The notes under the pieces: generated by a model | What the model was told of the DNA's origin: nothing | The model's database searches: none | What the model saw: the letters and a program-made list of their open reading frames with translations, nothing else | In this document: positions 1 to 6,442 of the stretch, piece after piece | How positions within the stretch are numbered: the first letter of the stretch is position 1 | How the letters are laid out: each line of letters opens with the position of its first letter | DNA from: a virus | Lineage: Duplodnaviria > Heunggongvirae > Uroviricota > Caudoviricetes | DNA: 64,000 bases | Reading direction: 5' to 3' (one strand) | IMG/VR virus record: IMGVR_UViG_3300035661_000047 | Made by a program: the position numbers and the translations under genes

Positions 1-268
1 GCTGATTTGCTTTCGCAGCTTGATAGTCTTCAGACGCATGCCGCGTTTCGTGCCCCAATTAGTGAAGCGGTCTTCAAACGAGGCGTAACGCTCATCGTCT
101 GCGTTAAGGAACGAGTCAATCTCGAAGTACACGCACAGGTCGCCGACAGCGAACTGTCCCTTCTTACAGACGACAGTCCAGCCAAGGACATCGACTGCTT
201 CGATTAGGTCTGCACCAGGGATTGGGCGAACGTTGATGACACGTTGAATAGAAGCAAGCTTCCGCATA
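1..268 (-). CDS. OB-fold tRNA-binding / RNA-ligase-N-terminal-like protein, N-terminal part (gene runs off window start)
   Basis: Minus-strand ATG at 268 preceded by GGAGAA RBS; frame open to coordinate 1. N-terminus MRKLASIQRVINVRPIPGADLIEAVDVLGWTVVCKKGQFAVGDLCVYFEIDSFL resembles the Myf/Trbp111-type tRNA-binding OB domain. I recall similar N-terminal domains on phage RNA ligases, but that is from memory. Confidence 0.4.
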
Positions 269-377
269 TTTTCTCCTTCAGTTGTTTGCAGCAGTCTTAA
301 CGAAGACCGCATCTAGGTGCGGGACATACCCGCCTACGTCGTTTACAGGTAAGCACGGGATGCCTAACTTGCTCAGC

Positions 378-406
378 ATGATAGCCAACTGCATGTGCAG
401 TGTCAA
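378..406 (-). promoter_or_regulatory. sigma70-like promoter (TTGACA-17-TATCAT) for leftward gene starting at 268
   Basis: Minus-strand TTGACA at 401-406 and TATCAT at 378-383 with 17-nt spacer, followed by a ~100 nt leader and GGAGAA-ATG. Confidence 0.55.
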
Positions 407-413
407 CTCTTTT

Positions 414-689
414 TCATGCACTGTGCAGCGCCTCCCTGCAACGCTCGTAAAGGCTCTTTTCAAGGTCACGGCACTCGTTTTGGCAGTGCAAGACTATCTC
501 ACACCCGCCAAACGTCCTGAAAGTAACGGAGAACACCGTGTTAGACCTGAAATCGAACACAGGGTCCATGTACTTGACAGTCACAACACCTTTGCGAGTT
601 CTGCGCGAGAACGGGCTGTGGTCCTGAGCTACGTGATTTGCCAAGTCTGAAAACTCTTTGAACGTCATTGGCCTGCTCATTTCCGCCAT
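414..689 (-). CDS. hypothetical protein (91 aa)
   Basis: ORF with GGAG 7 nt upstream of ATG; start overlaps stop of upstream small gene (ATGGCGGAAATGA); followed by promoter for next gene. Confidence 0.5.
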   Translation of the reverse strand: MAEMSRPMTFKEFSDLANHVAQDHSPFSRRTRKGVVTVKYMDPVFDFRSNTVFSVTFRTFGGCEIVLHCQNECRDLEKSLYERCREALHSA

Positions 690-853
690 TCATTGCTCCA
701 GAAGTAGTCGCAGTGACGCTTACCATCAGTATTGATCTTGACAGGCGGAGCGCAGAAGTACGACTGCCTGTACGTGTTGACAGGCGCAGTGTGACGGTAG
801 CATTGCTCTTTCTTGTCACAACCAGCTCCGCTGCACATCGAAATGTCTGCCAT
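677..853 (-). CDS. small Cys-rich (putative zinc-binding) protein, 58 aa
   Basis: Strong RBS GGAGGT 5 nt before ATG at 853; CxxGC..C..C pattern MCSGAGCDKKEQCYRH...FCAPP...HCDYFW; too short for the supplied ORF track. Confidence 0.5.
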   Translation of the reverse strand: MADISMCSGAGCDKKEQCYRHTAPVNTYRQSYFCAPPVKINTDGKRHCDYFWSNEWRK

Positions 854-854
854 T

Positions 855-1073
855 CTATACCTCCACGTACTTGTATACCCAGAACTTTAGTGTTTTGCCA
901 CCAGATTTGCCTGATGAAATCGAGCCTTGACTTCCAAGATAGTTAGAAACTTCCCAGCCATCTTCAGAGTAGTTCTCTTTCAGCCACGCCTCGTAAACTT
1001 GAGAGTTGTACCCCCAAGCCTGGAGCGTCAATAGTGCGGTTTTCTCTGACGCACTTCTTACCAATTTTGTCAA
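855..1073 (-). CDS. hypothetical protein (72 aa, TTG start) - may be frameshifted continuation of 964..1224
   Basis: ORF begins with TTG, no internal Met; overlaps 964..1224 by 110 nt in another frame. Confidence 0.3.
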   Translation of the reverse strand: MTKLVRSASEKTALLTLQAWGYNSQVYEAWLKENYSEDGWEVSNYLGSQGSISSGKSGGKTLKFWVYKYVEV

Positions 1074-1224
1074 GACCCCTCAGAGAGCCTTTAGGTTTTA
1101 CACGCCCAGGGCCAGATACTAACGCCCCGAATTCGGCGAGGCTCATGTCAAAATCTAGGATGCAGATTCCAGATACAGGGGCTTTGACTTCAAAACTGAT
1201 GTAGTCGTCTTGAGAGTTGCACAT
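964..1224 (-). CDS. hypothetical protein (86 aa)
   Basis: ORF on leftward operon; overlapping frame with 855..1073 suggests a frameshift or one spurious call. Confidence 0.35.
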   Translation of the reverse strand: MCNSQDDYISFEVKAPVSGICILDFDMSLAEFGALVSGPGRVKPKGSLRGLDKIGKKCVRENRTIDAPGLGVQLSSLRGVAERELL

Positions 1225-1397
1225 AACCCTGGCACAACGTAACTATAGTTTGATGTCGTTGTGCCGTGTCTTCACAGAGCTTCTTTCACAGCGGTGAGGA
1301 ACGCAATAAGGTCTTCGATGTCATCTTCTTTCATCCACATACCTGGGATATCCAGGCGGACTGTGTTGTCTTTGTCAAAGCGGTAGTTGATGTCAGC

Positions 1398-1487
1398 CTA
1401 CATCACCGGGGTTGAAAAAGAGCCCTCATCAGGGTCGAGACTGATGACTTCATTGACTTGGGGCTTGAAAATAAATTCGCGGGGCAT
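1398..1487 (-). CDS. small ORF (29 aa) with excellent RBS
   Basis: AAGGAGAAACC then ATG at 1487; ends at TAG 1398-1400; frame stays open a further 41 codons to TGA at 1272. Confidence 0.3.
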   Translation of the reverse strand: MPREFIFKPQVNEVISLDPDEGSFSTPVM

Positions 1488-1556
1488 GGTTTCTCCTTTG
1501 TGAAAGCTCCCCGCACTGGCGGGGAGAATTTTTGCGCATTGAGGCGCCGTCAGACT

Positions 1557-2018
1557 TTAATTATAGCGCATCTTCAACTGAAGCGCAACTACTGCTGTAG
1601 GCTTGTCCCCGCTTGGATCAGGGACAGGAGGTACAACAAGAATGTTGGCTCCGTACTTGCCATTCTCGTACTGTAGCACACCAAGGCCGAGAAGTCCAAG
1701 GTTATATTTGTAACGAGGATAGCCGCTTACGAGGCCGTAGATCGCACCGGCAGACCAGTTCCCTTGTGACCACGGAAGCCAAGCCTTTCCTGCGTAGATC
1801 GAGAGTCGATTGTAACTGTTGTTGTAGGCTCCTGCAACAACTTTTTGATCCTCGTCTTTGGCCCTATACTCGAAACCTAACCCAGTGTTCTGCTCGTTGA
1901 AGTGTGCAGAACGGTCTGAGTGGTAAGACCGGATCATGGCAGTCGTCCAGATTTCTTGCGCGCTGACAGGCAGCGCCAAGGTCGAAAGCAGCGCCAGGGC
2001 CGCTAGTACCTTCTTCAT
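1557..2018 (-). CDS. secreted / outer-membrane beta-barrel-like protein with signal peptide
   Basis: RBS AAGGA before ATG at 2018; N-terminal MKKVLAALALLSTLALPVSAQE signal peptide; Tyr/Gly/Asn-rich mature part typical of small OM beta-barrels. Confidence 0.55.
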   Translation of the reverse strand: MKKVLAALALLSTLALPVSAQEIWTTAMIRSYHSDRSAHFNEQNTGLGFEYRAKDEDQKVVAGAYNNSYNRLSIYAGKAWLPWSQGNWSAGAIYGLVSGYPRYKYNLGLLGLGVLQYENGKYGANILVVPPVPDPSGDKPTAVVALQLKMRYN

Positions 2019-2105
2019 TGTAGTCCTTTCAAGGTGTGAAGGCAATAAAAAGCCCGCCACGCGGAATGCGCAGCGGGCCGCTGTAGAGAGGCTTCCGCCA
2101 GCTCG

Positions 2106-2726
2106 TTATTCGTCTTCAGCCGCTTCGATTGCAGCCTCGTAGGCAGCATTGCGCGCTTCCCAGCGGGCGACGAAGCTCTCTGCGTCTAGCCAGATGTCTT
2201 TGCCAGCAAGAAGATTGTCAAGCTCTTCCTCTGACAGAAACCATTCGTATGTCGAGCGCATCACCCGCTCCATGTAAGCGTCTGTGTGCTTTGTCTCTGC
2301 GCGCCAGTCTGAGAACTTTCCAGCAGGGCCAACTGAGCCGTTGTGGATCAAGCAGTTGAAATTCTCAGAGAGAGTGAATTCATCTGCGTTCAGCAAGATG
2401 ACACTACCAGCAGAGTGGACACCGCCGGATGCTTTTACGATGATTCGAGCACTACATTCTCGCATGCCGTGAATGAACGTATCCGTCGCATCAAGGGAAC
2501 CTCCGGGGGTTGATAGGTAAATCTGCACAACGTCGTTCTCAGACGCAACGCTCATTGCTTGAAGAGCATCTACAAACTGCGAGGCATCGTAGATTGGTCC
2601 GTACAGGAAGATGTTGTATACACCAGCACTTGCGGGTACATACGAAACACGGAACGCGCTTGCGTCTTCGTATTCAGAGTCATCAGCAGACTTCTGAGTG
2701 GTGGTAGTTACGCCAAACTTTCGCAT
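2106..2726 (-). CDS. ClpP-like serine peptidase (S14 family)
   Basis: Motifs GGVHSAGSVILL (Ser) and LIHNGSVG (His) match the ClpP catalytic-core pattern; RBS AAAGGAGCATAA before ATG at 2726, overlapping the stop of the phoH-like gene. Confidence 0.6.
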   Translation of the reverse strand: MRKFGVTTTTQKSADDSEYEDASAFRVSYVPASAGVYNIFLYGPIYDASQFVDALQAMSVASENDVVQIYLSTPGGSLDATDTFIHGMRECSARIIVKASGGVHSAGSVILLNADEFTLSENFNCLIHNGSVGPAGKFSDWRAETKHTDAYMERVMRSTYEWFLSEEELDNLLAGKDIWLDAESFVARWEARNAAYEAAIEAAEDE

Positions 2727-2737
2727 TTATGCTCCTT

Positions 2738-3556
2738 TCATGAATTGTGGTAGTAGAGTTTCACGAACGCACGGGTCAGTCCAGAACGAACGACATCTTC
2801 AGGCGTGAATCGTACCACTCCGATGCCATCATCGAGTTCGTCCATGTCGTCGTGCGTCATGTACTCGGGGTGGCCTTGAAGAATCTTGTCAAGAAGCTTA
2901 AGCGTAGTCTCAAGCCCGCTAGTTCCATTCAGGTCGTGCTGCTTCGTATCTCCAGTGAAGACGATTTGGCAATTGTATCCAAGCCGGGTAAGCATCATTT
3001 CCATTTCTTCGGAAGTGAAGTTCTGCACTTCCTCTGCAATGACAATGCAATCCTCGAATGACATGCCACGCAGGTACTCTACTGGCTTCATTTCGATTAC
3101 CTCTTTTTCGAGGCAATACTTTGCATATCCTGCACCGAGAAACTTCTCAAGATGGCTCATTGTCTGAGCAAAGTACGGGGCAAGCTTTTCTTTGATGTCT
3201 CCCGGCAGGAGTCCGACAGACTTTCCGACGCTAACTGCTGGGCGAACAAGGAACACCTTCTTTATTCGCTTGCTTCTGAGCTGCTGGGCAACGCGATACG
3301 CCGCCAGCATCGACTTTCCTGTCCCAGCACTCCCAGTCAGGAAGATGATTGGAACACCGTCTGTCAGAAGACCGATGGCCTTGCGTTGATTGTTGTTCTT
3401 CGGCTCCAGTTTTGGAACTGCTGTCGCAGTCGGTGCAGGAGCGTCGTTAGAGGCGTACTCGTGTGACCGGATGAATCGCGGATCGGGCGTGTTGTCGATC
3501 TTTTCGCGGCGAGTCTGGCGACGGGCCTTAAATTTGCTTCCCAATTTCACCTCCAA
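2738..3556 (-). CDS. phoH: PhoH-like P-loop ATPase
   Basis: Walker A LTGSAGTGKSMLA and overall PhoH-family similarity (272 aa). Confidence 0.8.
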   Translation of the reverse strand: MEVKLGSKFKARRQTRREKIDNTPDPRFIRSHEYASNDAPAPTATAVPKLEPKNNNQRKAIGLLTDGVPIIFLTGSAGTGKSMLAAYRVAQQLRSKRIKKVFLVRPAVSVGKSVGLLPGDIKEKLAPYFAQTMSHLEKFLGAGYAKYCLEKEVIEMKPVEYLRGMSFEDCIVIAEEVQNFTSEEMEMMLTRLGYNCQIVFTGDTKQHDLNGTSGLETTLKLLDKILQGHPEYMTHDDMDELDDGIGVVRFTPEDVVRSGLTRAFVKLYYHNS

Positions 3557-3622
3557 TACTTGTCAATTTCAAGCCGACATGGCTTTGACCTGAGCTGATT
3601 ATACACCACGTACATGGCATAG

Positions 3623-3823
3623 TCAATCAACTCGCAGCAAAGCTGGCTGCGATTTTTGCTCTTCAAGGCGCTTGCGCCCCCATTTTGCAATGATCAGATG
3701 ATCGAACGTTGCATTGTCAGGGATATCCCCAGTGAAGAACGTGTCTAGGAGGCTCTTGTAGTGCTCAGCCTGCTGCTCAGCGTCGATTACACGCTGCTTG
3801 AGCCTTGCAACTGATGCACTCAC
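3623..3823 (-). CDS. hypothetical protein (66 aa)
   Basis: ORF in leftward operon, stop/start overlap with 3820..4095. Confidence 0.4.
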   Translation of the reverse strand: MSASVARLKQRVIDAEQQAEHYKSLLDTFFTGDIPDNATFDHLIIAKWGRKRLEEQKSQPALLRVD

Positions 3824-4095
3824 GATTGCTCCCTCTTAGCTGCTTTTGCAGCCCTTGCGTTCGCCAGAATCTCTGCACGAGTAAGCTTGGCCTCGTCCTT
3901 GATGTCGCTGTCACGGAGCATGATGCACTCGAAGTTGTACCCAAGCATGGTAGGAGGATTAGATGGGTCTATTTCCCAGCCCTCGTCTGATGCCTCAAGG
4001 ATTTGCACAACAAACGATTCGAGGTTGCCAGTCAGAATAGCCTTACTGTTCTTCATTCTCATCCTCCAGTAGCGCTTCTTCCATGTAACTTCCAA
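3820..4095 (-). CDS. hypothetical protein (91 aa)
   Basis: First sizeable ORF downstream of leftward promoter at 4354-4382. Confidence 0.45.
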   Translation of the reverse strand: MEVTWKKRYWRMRMKNSKAILTGNLESFVVQILEASDEGWEIDPSNPPTMLGYNFECIMLRDSDIKDEAKLTRAEILANARAAKAAKREQS

Positions 4096-4214
4096 TGTCC
4101 AGTTGTTCGATTACGGTGAGAAGATCGACAAGAACGTCGTCTCCCCACTCAGGGGCTTCGTCATGATTTCGGGGCACAGATAATACCTCCAGTCAAAGTT
4201 AATGATTAAGAGGT

Positions 4215-4343
4215 ATATCTAAGTCATTGTCTAAGTTATTGTCTAAGTAAACACCTTACTACCTGACTAAATACCCTCTCAGTAAAATAACTAAGTATTG
4301 TCTAAGTAGTATACTTTAGTATTACTTAGAAGTTGTCTTAGTC
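4215..4343. repeat. Direct repeats of TTGTCTAAGT (and inverted ACTTAG copies) - operator/iteron-like array
   Basis: Exact 10-mers at 4227-4236, 4239-4248, 4298-4307; variant TTGTCTTAGT 4333-4342; partial CTAAGT at 4217-4224 and 4291-4296; inverted ACTTAG 4323-4328; AT-rich intergenic region between divergent promoters. Confidence 0.7.
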
Positions 4344-4353
4344 ATATAACTAT

Positions 4354-4382
4354 AGTGTACAGCACGAAGTCAGTCTTGTCAA
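4354..4382 (-). promoter_or_regulatory. leftward sigma70-like promoter (TTGACA-17-TACACT)
   Basis: Minus-strand TTGACA at 4377-4382, TACACT at 4354-4359, 17-nt spacer containing CGTGCTG like the other promoters in this genome; transcription would run through the repeat array into the early leftward operon. Confidence 0.55.
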
Positions 4383-4466
4383 GCCCTGGAGAGGGCCAGT
4401 TCTCATTGTTGAGAATTCCTGCCCGGCAGGGTCCGTCTTCCTGTGCAGGACTGGCCCCGTAGGGGC

Positions 4467-4494
4467 TTGACAATAAATTTTTTCGTGCTACAAT
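4467..4494 (+). promoter_or_regulatory. rightward sigma70-like promoter (TTGACA-16-TACAAT, TGn-extended)
   Basis: TTGACA 4467-4472, CGTGCTACAAT 4484-4494; followed by GGAGGT RBS and ATG at 4523. Confidence 0.6.
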
Positions 4495-4522
4495 TACGGC
4501 TTCTGACACGATGGAGGTAGCA

Positions 4523-4885
4523 ATGAGCAATCATGACAGCTCCACTGCCTCTGTTGTAGTGGTGATGCAAGAGGAAGCCCCAAGCTTCCTGACGAACAGT
4601 GTAGACCTGAAGAAGCTGCACACGGACATCAAACGACACTCCAAAGCCGCCATAGATGCTTTGGTGTCGATGCTAGAGAGTCCTGACCCAAAGATCAAGT
4701 TGACAGCGGCAACGAAGCTGCTAGAATTCCAGGTGTCGGTGGCAAAGGAACTTAGCTCTGACCAGATACAACGCCTCATTGCAGAGGTAAAGCTGGTTAA
4801 GAACCCTAAGAGCAACCTTGTCCCAGTCGAAGAACAGAAGTCTCGGCCTCTCGTGGACTTCACAACAATTCGCTCTGTCGAATAA
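4523..4885 (+). CDS. hypothetical protein (120 aa); terminase small-subunit role not excluded
   Basis: GGAGGT 5 nt before ATG at 4523 (the track start at 4511 lacks an RBS); first rightward gene. Confidence 0.55.
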   Translation: MSNHDSSTASVVVVMQEEAPSFLTNSVDLKKLHTDIKRHSKAAIDALVSMLESPDPKIKLTAATKLLEFQVSVAKELSSDQIQRLIAEVKLVKNPKSNLVPVEEQKSRPLVDFTTIRSVE

Positions 4886-4900
4886 ATTTCTCCATGGCTA

Positions 4901-4928
4901 TTGACATACGGCGGTTCTCGTGTAGAAT
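4901..4928 (+). promoter_or_regulatory. sigma70-like promoter for tRNA array (TTGACA-16-TAGAAT)
   Basis: TTGACA 4901-4906, CGTGTAGAAT 4919-4928, immediately upstream of structured RNA and tRNA genes. Confidence 0.6.
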
Positions 4929-4937
4929 AGCTGCAAG

Positions 4938-5031
4938 TAGAGGAGGGCGTCTCCCCGCAATGGTGCGGGAGCGGGCTGTAACACCGCCGCCCTACGGGCC
5001 ATGATAGGTTCGATACCTATGGCGCCAACCA
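4938..5031 (+). ncRNA. structured tRNA-like RNA (canonical T-arm + CCA 3' end, no canonical acceptor/anticodon fold)
   Basis: ATAGG-TTCGATA-CCTAT T-arm at 5004-5020 followed by GGCGCCA-A-CCA; upstream GC-rich hairpins (CTCCCCGC..GCGGGAG; GCCC-TAC-GGGC); I could not fold a complete cloverleaf by eye. Confidence 0.35.
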
Positions 5032-5080
5032 AACAATGACGTGCTTGACAAATTTTGATTGTCGAGTACAATGACGAAAT

Positions 5081-5156
5081 GGGCTGTGATTGAGCTGGGG
5101 TTCTTGGCTGCTTTGCAAGCAGTTATCGGTGGGTTCGATTCCCACACGGTCCACCA
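5081..5156 (+). tRNA. tRNA-Ala (TGC)
   Basis: 76 nt; G3:U70 pair (Ala identity element), anticodon stem GCTGC/GCAGT, loop TTTGCAA, T-arm GTGGG-TTCGATT-CCCAC, CCA encoded; weak D stem. Confidence 0.65.
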
Positions 5157-5162
5157 TAATTT

Positions 5163-5238
5163 GCCCCATTAGCTCAGTTGGTAGAGCAACTGCATTGTAA
5201 GCAGTAGGTCGTCCGTTCGAGTCGGACAGAGGGCACCA
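5163..5238 (+). tRNA. tRNA-Thr (TGT)
   Basis: 76 nt; D arm GCTC-AGTTGGTA-GAGC, anticodon stem ACTGC/GCAGT with loop ATTGTAA, T-arm GTCCG-TTCGAGT-CGGAC, CCA encoded; two acceptor mismatches. Confidence 0.8.
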
Positions 5239-5245
5239 AGTCTAT

Positions 5246-5330
5246 GCGGTTGTGGCGGAATTGGTAGACGCGCAGCGTTGAGGTCGCTGTGGAGAAATCC
5301 GTGGAGGTTCGAGTCCTCTCAACCGCACCA
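5246..5330 (+). tRNA. tRNA-Leu (GAG), type II with long variable arm
   Basis: 85 nt; perfect acceptor GCGGTTG/CAACCGC, anticodon stem CAGCG/CGCTG with loop TTGAGGT, variable arm GGAGAAATCC, T-arm GGAGG-TTCGAGT-CCTCT, CCA. Confidence 0.85.
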
Positions 5331-5589
5331 TAACGTGCTTGATAGCTCCAGCTAGTGCAGTAACAGCTAGAGACTGCATGATGAGAATCCATCGGTCGCC
5401 CGTTGGAAACAAAAATCTAGATAAACTCTCAGGTATGCGAGTTAAATAGTTGAGTTGCTGGAGGCTACGGCCAATGAAGGTGACGGAGAGAATACCACAT
5501 GCGGGTAAGGTGTTTATGGATACATGCTAGCCTTCCAAGCTTGAGTAGACCAGATCGTTACTGGCTACCCGCTCCACGAATTCTTTGGC

Positions 5590-5666
5590 GTGACGTTATC
5601 TTAATATGGTAAAGAACTAGACTGTGAATCTGGTAAATATGGGTTCGAGTCAAGCGGTGGGCACCA
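5590..5666 (+). pseudogene. degenerate tRNA-like element (5' two-thirds folds as tRNA-His GTG; T-arm/acceptor disrupted)
   Basis: D arm TCTT-AATATGGTA-AAGA and anticodon arm CTAGA-CTGTGAA-TCTGG fold well; GGGTTCGAGTC T-loop present but its 3' half and the acceptor 3' strand do not pair; ends GGGCACCA. Confidence 0.3.
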
Positions 5667-5673
5667 GAATTGA

Positions 5674-5748
5674 TGCGGAGTAGTTCAGTTCGGTAGAACA
5701 GCAGCCTCATAAGCTGACGGTCGTGGGTTCAAAGCCAACCTCACGCAA
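5674..5748 (+). tRNA. tRNA-Met (CAT), imperfect
   Basis: D arm GTTC-AGTTCGGTA-GAAC, anticodon arm GCAGC-CTCATAA-GCTGA, T-arm GTGGG-TTCAAAG-CCAAC; acceptor has 2 mismatches and no encoded CCA. Confidence 0.5.
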
Positions 5749-5755
5749 CAAGATA

Positions 5756-5830
5756 GGATTCTTAGCACAGCGGTAGTGCGGCGCCCTTACAAGGCGTAGG
5801 TCGTAGGTTCGATCCCTACAGAATCCACCA
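5756..5830 (+). tRNA. tRNA-Val (TAC)
   Basis: 75 nt; acceptor GGATTCT/AGAATCC, D arm GCAC-AGCGGTA-GTGC, anticodon stem GCGCC/GGCGT loop CTTACAA, T-arm GTAGG-TTCGATC-CCTAC, CCA. Confidence 0.85.
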
Positions 5831-5919
5831 GTATTGGCAAAAACACGCAAGTGTTGCTGGTTCGAGTCCAGCCCTGTCCATTCCGGGCGGGTAGACAAAT
5901 CGGTAAAGTCGCCAAGTAT

Positions 5920-5992
5920 GCACCTATCGTCTAAAGGTTAGGACAACTGACTTTCTATCAGTGAATGTAGGGTTCAAGTCCCTCTAGGTGCT
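5920..5992 (+). tRNA. tRNA-Glu (TTC)
   Basis: Acceptor GCACCTA/TAGGTGC, D arm GTCT-AAAGGTTA-GGAC, anticodon stem ACTGA/TCAGT loop CTTTCTA, T-loop TTCAAGT; U at position 37 is atypical; no CCA. Confidence 0.6.
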
Positions 5993-6002
5993 ACAGACAT
6001 AT

Positions 6003-6077
6003 TGGCATATAGCTCAGCGGTAGAGCATCCGGCTGTTAACCGGACGGTCAGTGGTTCGATCCCACTTTTGCCAGCCA
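6003..6077 (+). tRNA. tRNA-Asn (GTT)
   Basis: Acceptor TGGCATA/TTTGCCA (U1-A72), D arm GCTC-AGCGGTA-GAGC, anticodon stem TCCGG/CCGGA loop CTGTTAA, T-arm AGTGG-TTCGATC-CCACT, G73 + CCA. Confidence 0.8.
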
Positions 6078-6083
6078 AAATAT

Positions 6084-6159
6084 GGACAGGTAGCTCAGAT
6101 GGTAGAGCGCCGGCCTGAAGAGCCGGGCGTCGTAGGTTCGATCCCTACCCTGTCTACCA
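6084..6159 (+). tRNA. tRNA-Phe (GAA)
   Basis: 76 nt; acceptor GGACAGG/CCTGTCT, D arm GCTC-AGATGGTA-GAGC, anticodon stem CCGGC/GCCGG loop CTGAAGA, T-arm GTAGG-TTCGATC-CCTAC, CCA. Confidence 0.85.
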
Positions 6160-6160
6160 T

Positions 6161-6236
6161 ATATCTATAAGACAATCGGAAGTCGGCAGGACTCCAAATC
6201 CTTGCAGTTGTGGTTCGAGTCCACAGGGATATGCCA
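6161..6236 (+). tRNA. tRNA-Trp (CCA)
   Basis: 76 nt; acceptor ATATCTA/GGGATAT, D loop AATCGGAA, anticodon loop CTCCAAA (CCA), T-arm TGTGG-TTCGAGT-CCACA, G73 + CCA. Confidence 0.75.
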
Positions 6237-6242
6237 AACAAT

Positions 6243-6319
6243 CTGGGTGTATTGTCAGTTGGTAGACGGCGAGCTTTGGAAGCTTGAGGCCGGTGGTTCG
6301 AGTCCACCCATCCAGACCA
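6243..6319 (+). tRNA. tRNA-Pro (TGG)
   Basis: 77 nt; acceptor CTGGGTG/CATCCAG, D arm TGTC-AGTTGGTA-GACG, anticodon stem CGAGC/GCTTG loop TTTGGAA, T-arm GGTGG-TTCGAGT-CCACC, A73 + CCA. Confidence 0.8.
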
Positions 6320-6442
6320 CAATCATTTAGCTCTGCCTCTAGGCTGTTTCTCCTTCTCCTTGGGCTTAGAGGTAGAGCTAAATGATAACACGGCCCCGCT
6401 CAGAGGAAACTCTGCTGCGGGGTTTTCCACATTGGAGGTCGA

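Noticed and set aside
278-469. Track ORF 278..469 (-)
   Set aside because: Lies in the 5' leader between the promoter at 378-406 and the RBS/ATG at 268; overlaps 414..689 out of frame; no RBS
1272-1487. In-frame TAG inside small RBS-bearing ORFs (1398-1400; a second one at 36406-36408; a third at 41020-41022 between nrdA and the upstream ORF) suggesting amber read-through or a suppressor tRNA
   Set aside because: The downstream open stretches are only 30-41 codons (1272-1487, 36406) or lie in a frame with two stops in ~96 codons and no convincing start (41020). That is within random expectation. No tRNA with a CTA anticodon could be folded. TAG is simply rare as a terminator here; every confident gene ends in TAA or TGA.
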